From positions 1-64,000 of the forward strand of contig CM022674.1 in the NCBI GenBank assembly GCA_012295275.1: DNA of 64,000 nt, in the 5' to 3' direction. Position 1 is the first letter of the stretch; every line of letters starts with the position of its first letter. A program made the position numbers and the translations under genes. Below are positions 61,701 through 64,000 of this stretch, piece after piece. This stretch comes from Chrysomallon squamiferum. Taxonomy: Eukaryota > Animalia > Mollusca. Under the pieces are notes generated by a model. That model did no database searches. It saw nothing but the letters and a program-made list of their open reading frames with translations, and had not been told where the DNA came from.

Positions 61701-64000
61701 AAAATTTAACACAACTCTTTACTTCAGGTCACTGGGTTAAATATAACAATCAGAAAAGATTAAATATAAATTATGTTATAGTTTATTCCTTTCCCGTTTC
61801 AGGCAAGTCATCTTTGTTTTATTTCTAATTTCAGTGCATGGTTATATATGCATGGATACATACACATTTACTACATTATATAGAAATACATATACAATAC
61901 ATACACATTCTTCATGATGCCATATACATATACTATATAGTCTACCCAAACTAAATACTTCTCTTACTGTGAATTTTATCACATTTTTCAATCTTTTTAA
62001 CATGCTGCTAGCAACATATTCTATCATTTCTCTTTACCACTGCACATATACATAAATCCTACAAAACATCCTGATTGGGCTAATCCATAATACATTGTCC
62101 ATTGATTACTAGTAGCTGCCTACACCCTGCAGTAGGAAAGTGACCTTCACCTTGTGAGATCTTCCCAGATGCCACTGAGTTCTATTTTCAGTGTGATTGA
62201 TTTCGTTCACTGTCTGTGAATTCTGCCATTTCTCCAGCACATTTCTCATCTGGAACCGGTCTTCTCCATTAATGTAGGACCTGTTAGTTTCATTATTCAT
62301 CTCAGTATCATAGCTTCAGCTGCACTCAGCTTACCGTGTTCTCAAAGGTAAGTGATTTAGGTTTTGTCTTTCATGTAGGATGTTAGGGACTACATGTCTG
62401 TCTGATGTTAATTATTCCAGTCCACTTTCTTCAGTGTCTGACCATGCCAGTCTGCCAATTACCTGTAATTAGGCTGAATGGCATGGCTGGAGATGATGAC
62501 GGAGAATCTTTATTTTTGTATCCAAAAATACCAAATCTGTGTTCAAAGCCTGCAAAACACCAGTGTGTAATTTATTTCATGTGGTTCTGAACAGAATGGA
62601 GATATTCATTCATTTAGTTAGGCCATTCATAAAAAAAATATATGGATGTTTTTATACATGTGTGTGTGATGCGCGTGCACATGAGTGTTTCTGAGGATAT
62701 TAATCACTGGTTGATAAGAAAATCAGTTTTAATAAGTTGAATTGCTTTATTTTGAGTTGTTATAATTTATATATAATTTGGTGAAAAATGTGCATTACAA
62801 AGTGTAAATTATCTGTTTTTAAATTAATATTTCAAGTGAAATAACAGCACACACAAAGAAAAGGAAAAAAAAAAAAAGAAAGGTAAAATATTTAAATTTT
62901 TTAAAACGATTTTGTTTCATAAATTTTAAAATAATAACTCCGACAATGTTCCCATAATCCTTCAATTATTATATTATACTTTATTTTTTAAATTTTTGTC
63001 TCAGGAAAGTTATAATTCTTACTTACATGTACATCAGAATGAGGCCATCTGGTTTTTGTTTATATAAGCCATGCCATACCTAATTCTCCAGCACCTGAGT
63101 GTATTATTAGCTCAATAGATAACATTACTGTACTAAAGTATATATAAAGATTCTTTGATACATAACTTAGAAGTGGATAAACAAAATAAATAAGAATGAA
63201 AGAAAGAATAAAAAAGATGTTAAATGAAATAACACTTGTTACATAAAAATATTAAAGAAAATGTTCATGATTTATTTTTTTTTGATTTTTGTTTTTAGAA
63301 ATGATTCCTTTAGAAGTAGTTTAATTTCTTTTGTTATTTTTATATGTAAATATTTCTTTCATTCCCTTGTTCATTCTTGTTCATTTTTTGTTTTTAAATT
63401 CTGGAATGTTATTTAAAAAATTAAAAAATTAAATGTGTTTTGTAAAATTAAAATAAAAATAAAGATCAGTTAAATTTATAAGGCATAATTATTGAGATAT
63501 AAAATGACCATCTGTTACTCCATAAATAAAATATCATTTTGACAGGTGTTTCAGTCTACCAGTAACACATAAAGATAATTAAATGCAGATAGACCCATTG
63601 ATTACTAACTAATAATGTCTGCATGTTTGGGTGTAATTTGTGTTACATATGCTGGTATGAGGGACTGTCTTTTATAAAATAAAGTCAAACACAATCAGAG
63701 GATACATTGCACACACGCACACGCACAGACACACGCACACACGTACTTCGTGTGGATGAATGGATGGACAGAGATGGATTAAAAACTTTAATAAGAATGC
63801 AGTAGAAATGGGGCAATGAATTAGTAATAATTTTGTTACATCTTCTTAATACTTAAGAAGTCATAAGAAATAATTATTTTTAAGAAGTAGAATATTGTTT
63901 AATGAGGTGCTGATGAAATTAATGTGGTTAAAATTAGCTCTATAACTAACAGTATCTCCAATTACAAACACATACATATGACTATGAATATTTGTATTCA

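Noticed and set aside
62109-62590. DIRS- or Penelope-like retroelement fragment (LVFLDTKIK; WQNSQTVNEINHTE)
   Set aside because: The motif resemblance is too short and no catalytic motif was found.

Overview
AT-rich, intron-containing, microsatellite-rich animal DNA; a lophotrochozoan (probably mollusc) source is my inference from gene style. (1) 1-7900: about 21 copies of a CpG-rich ~374-bp tandem satellite full of dyad symmetries, whose last ~2 copies are a forward/reverse-strand mosaic. (2) ~7900-24600: a decay zone with fragments of a Tx1/L1 LINE, a Ty3/Gypsy RNase H and two hAT-type transposases, two MITEs, an intron-retaining RCC1 relic and a possible TOP6BL-like relic. (3) Three intact multi-exon genes that I spliced by hand with consistent phases: ODAD1/CCDC114-CCDC63 family (minus, 10 coding exons, 557 aa); a head-to-head ~2093-aa type I membrane protein with an unusual 3xTSP1-Ig-EGF-TM-polyPro-long repeat tail layout (plus, 9 exons); and a 620-aa asteroid/FAM120-like PIN nuclease (plus, 8 exons). 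(4) 52-64 kb: mostly non-coding, with promoter-like motifs and unassigned exon-like relics. The most interesting system candidate is the membrane-protein locus. It has a cluster of CRE palindromes, shares an intergenic region with a flagellar gene, and carries in intron 1 an antisense copy of its own EGF-exon splice acceptor. All homology calls come from recalled motifs; no database search was run.
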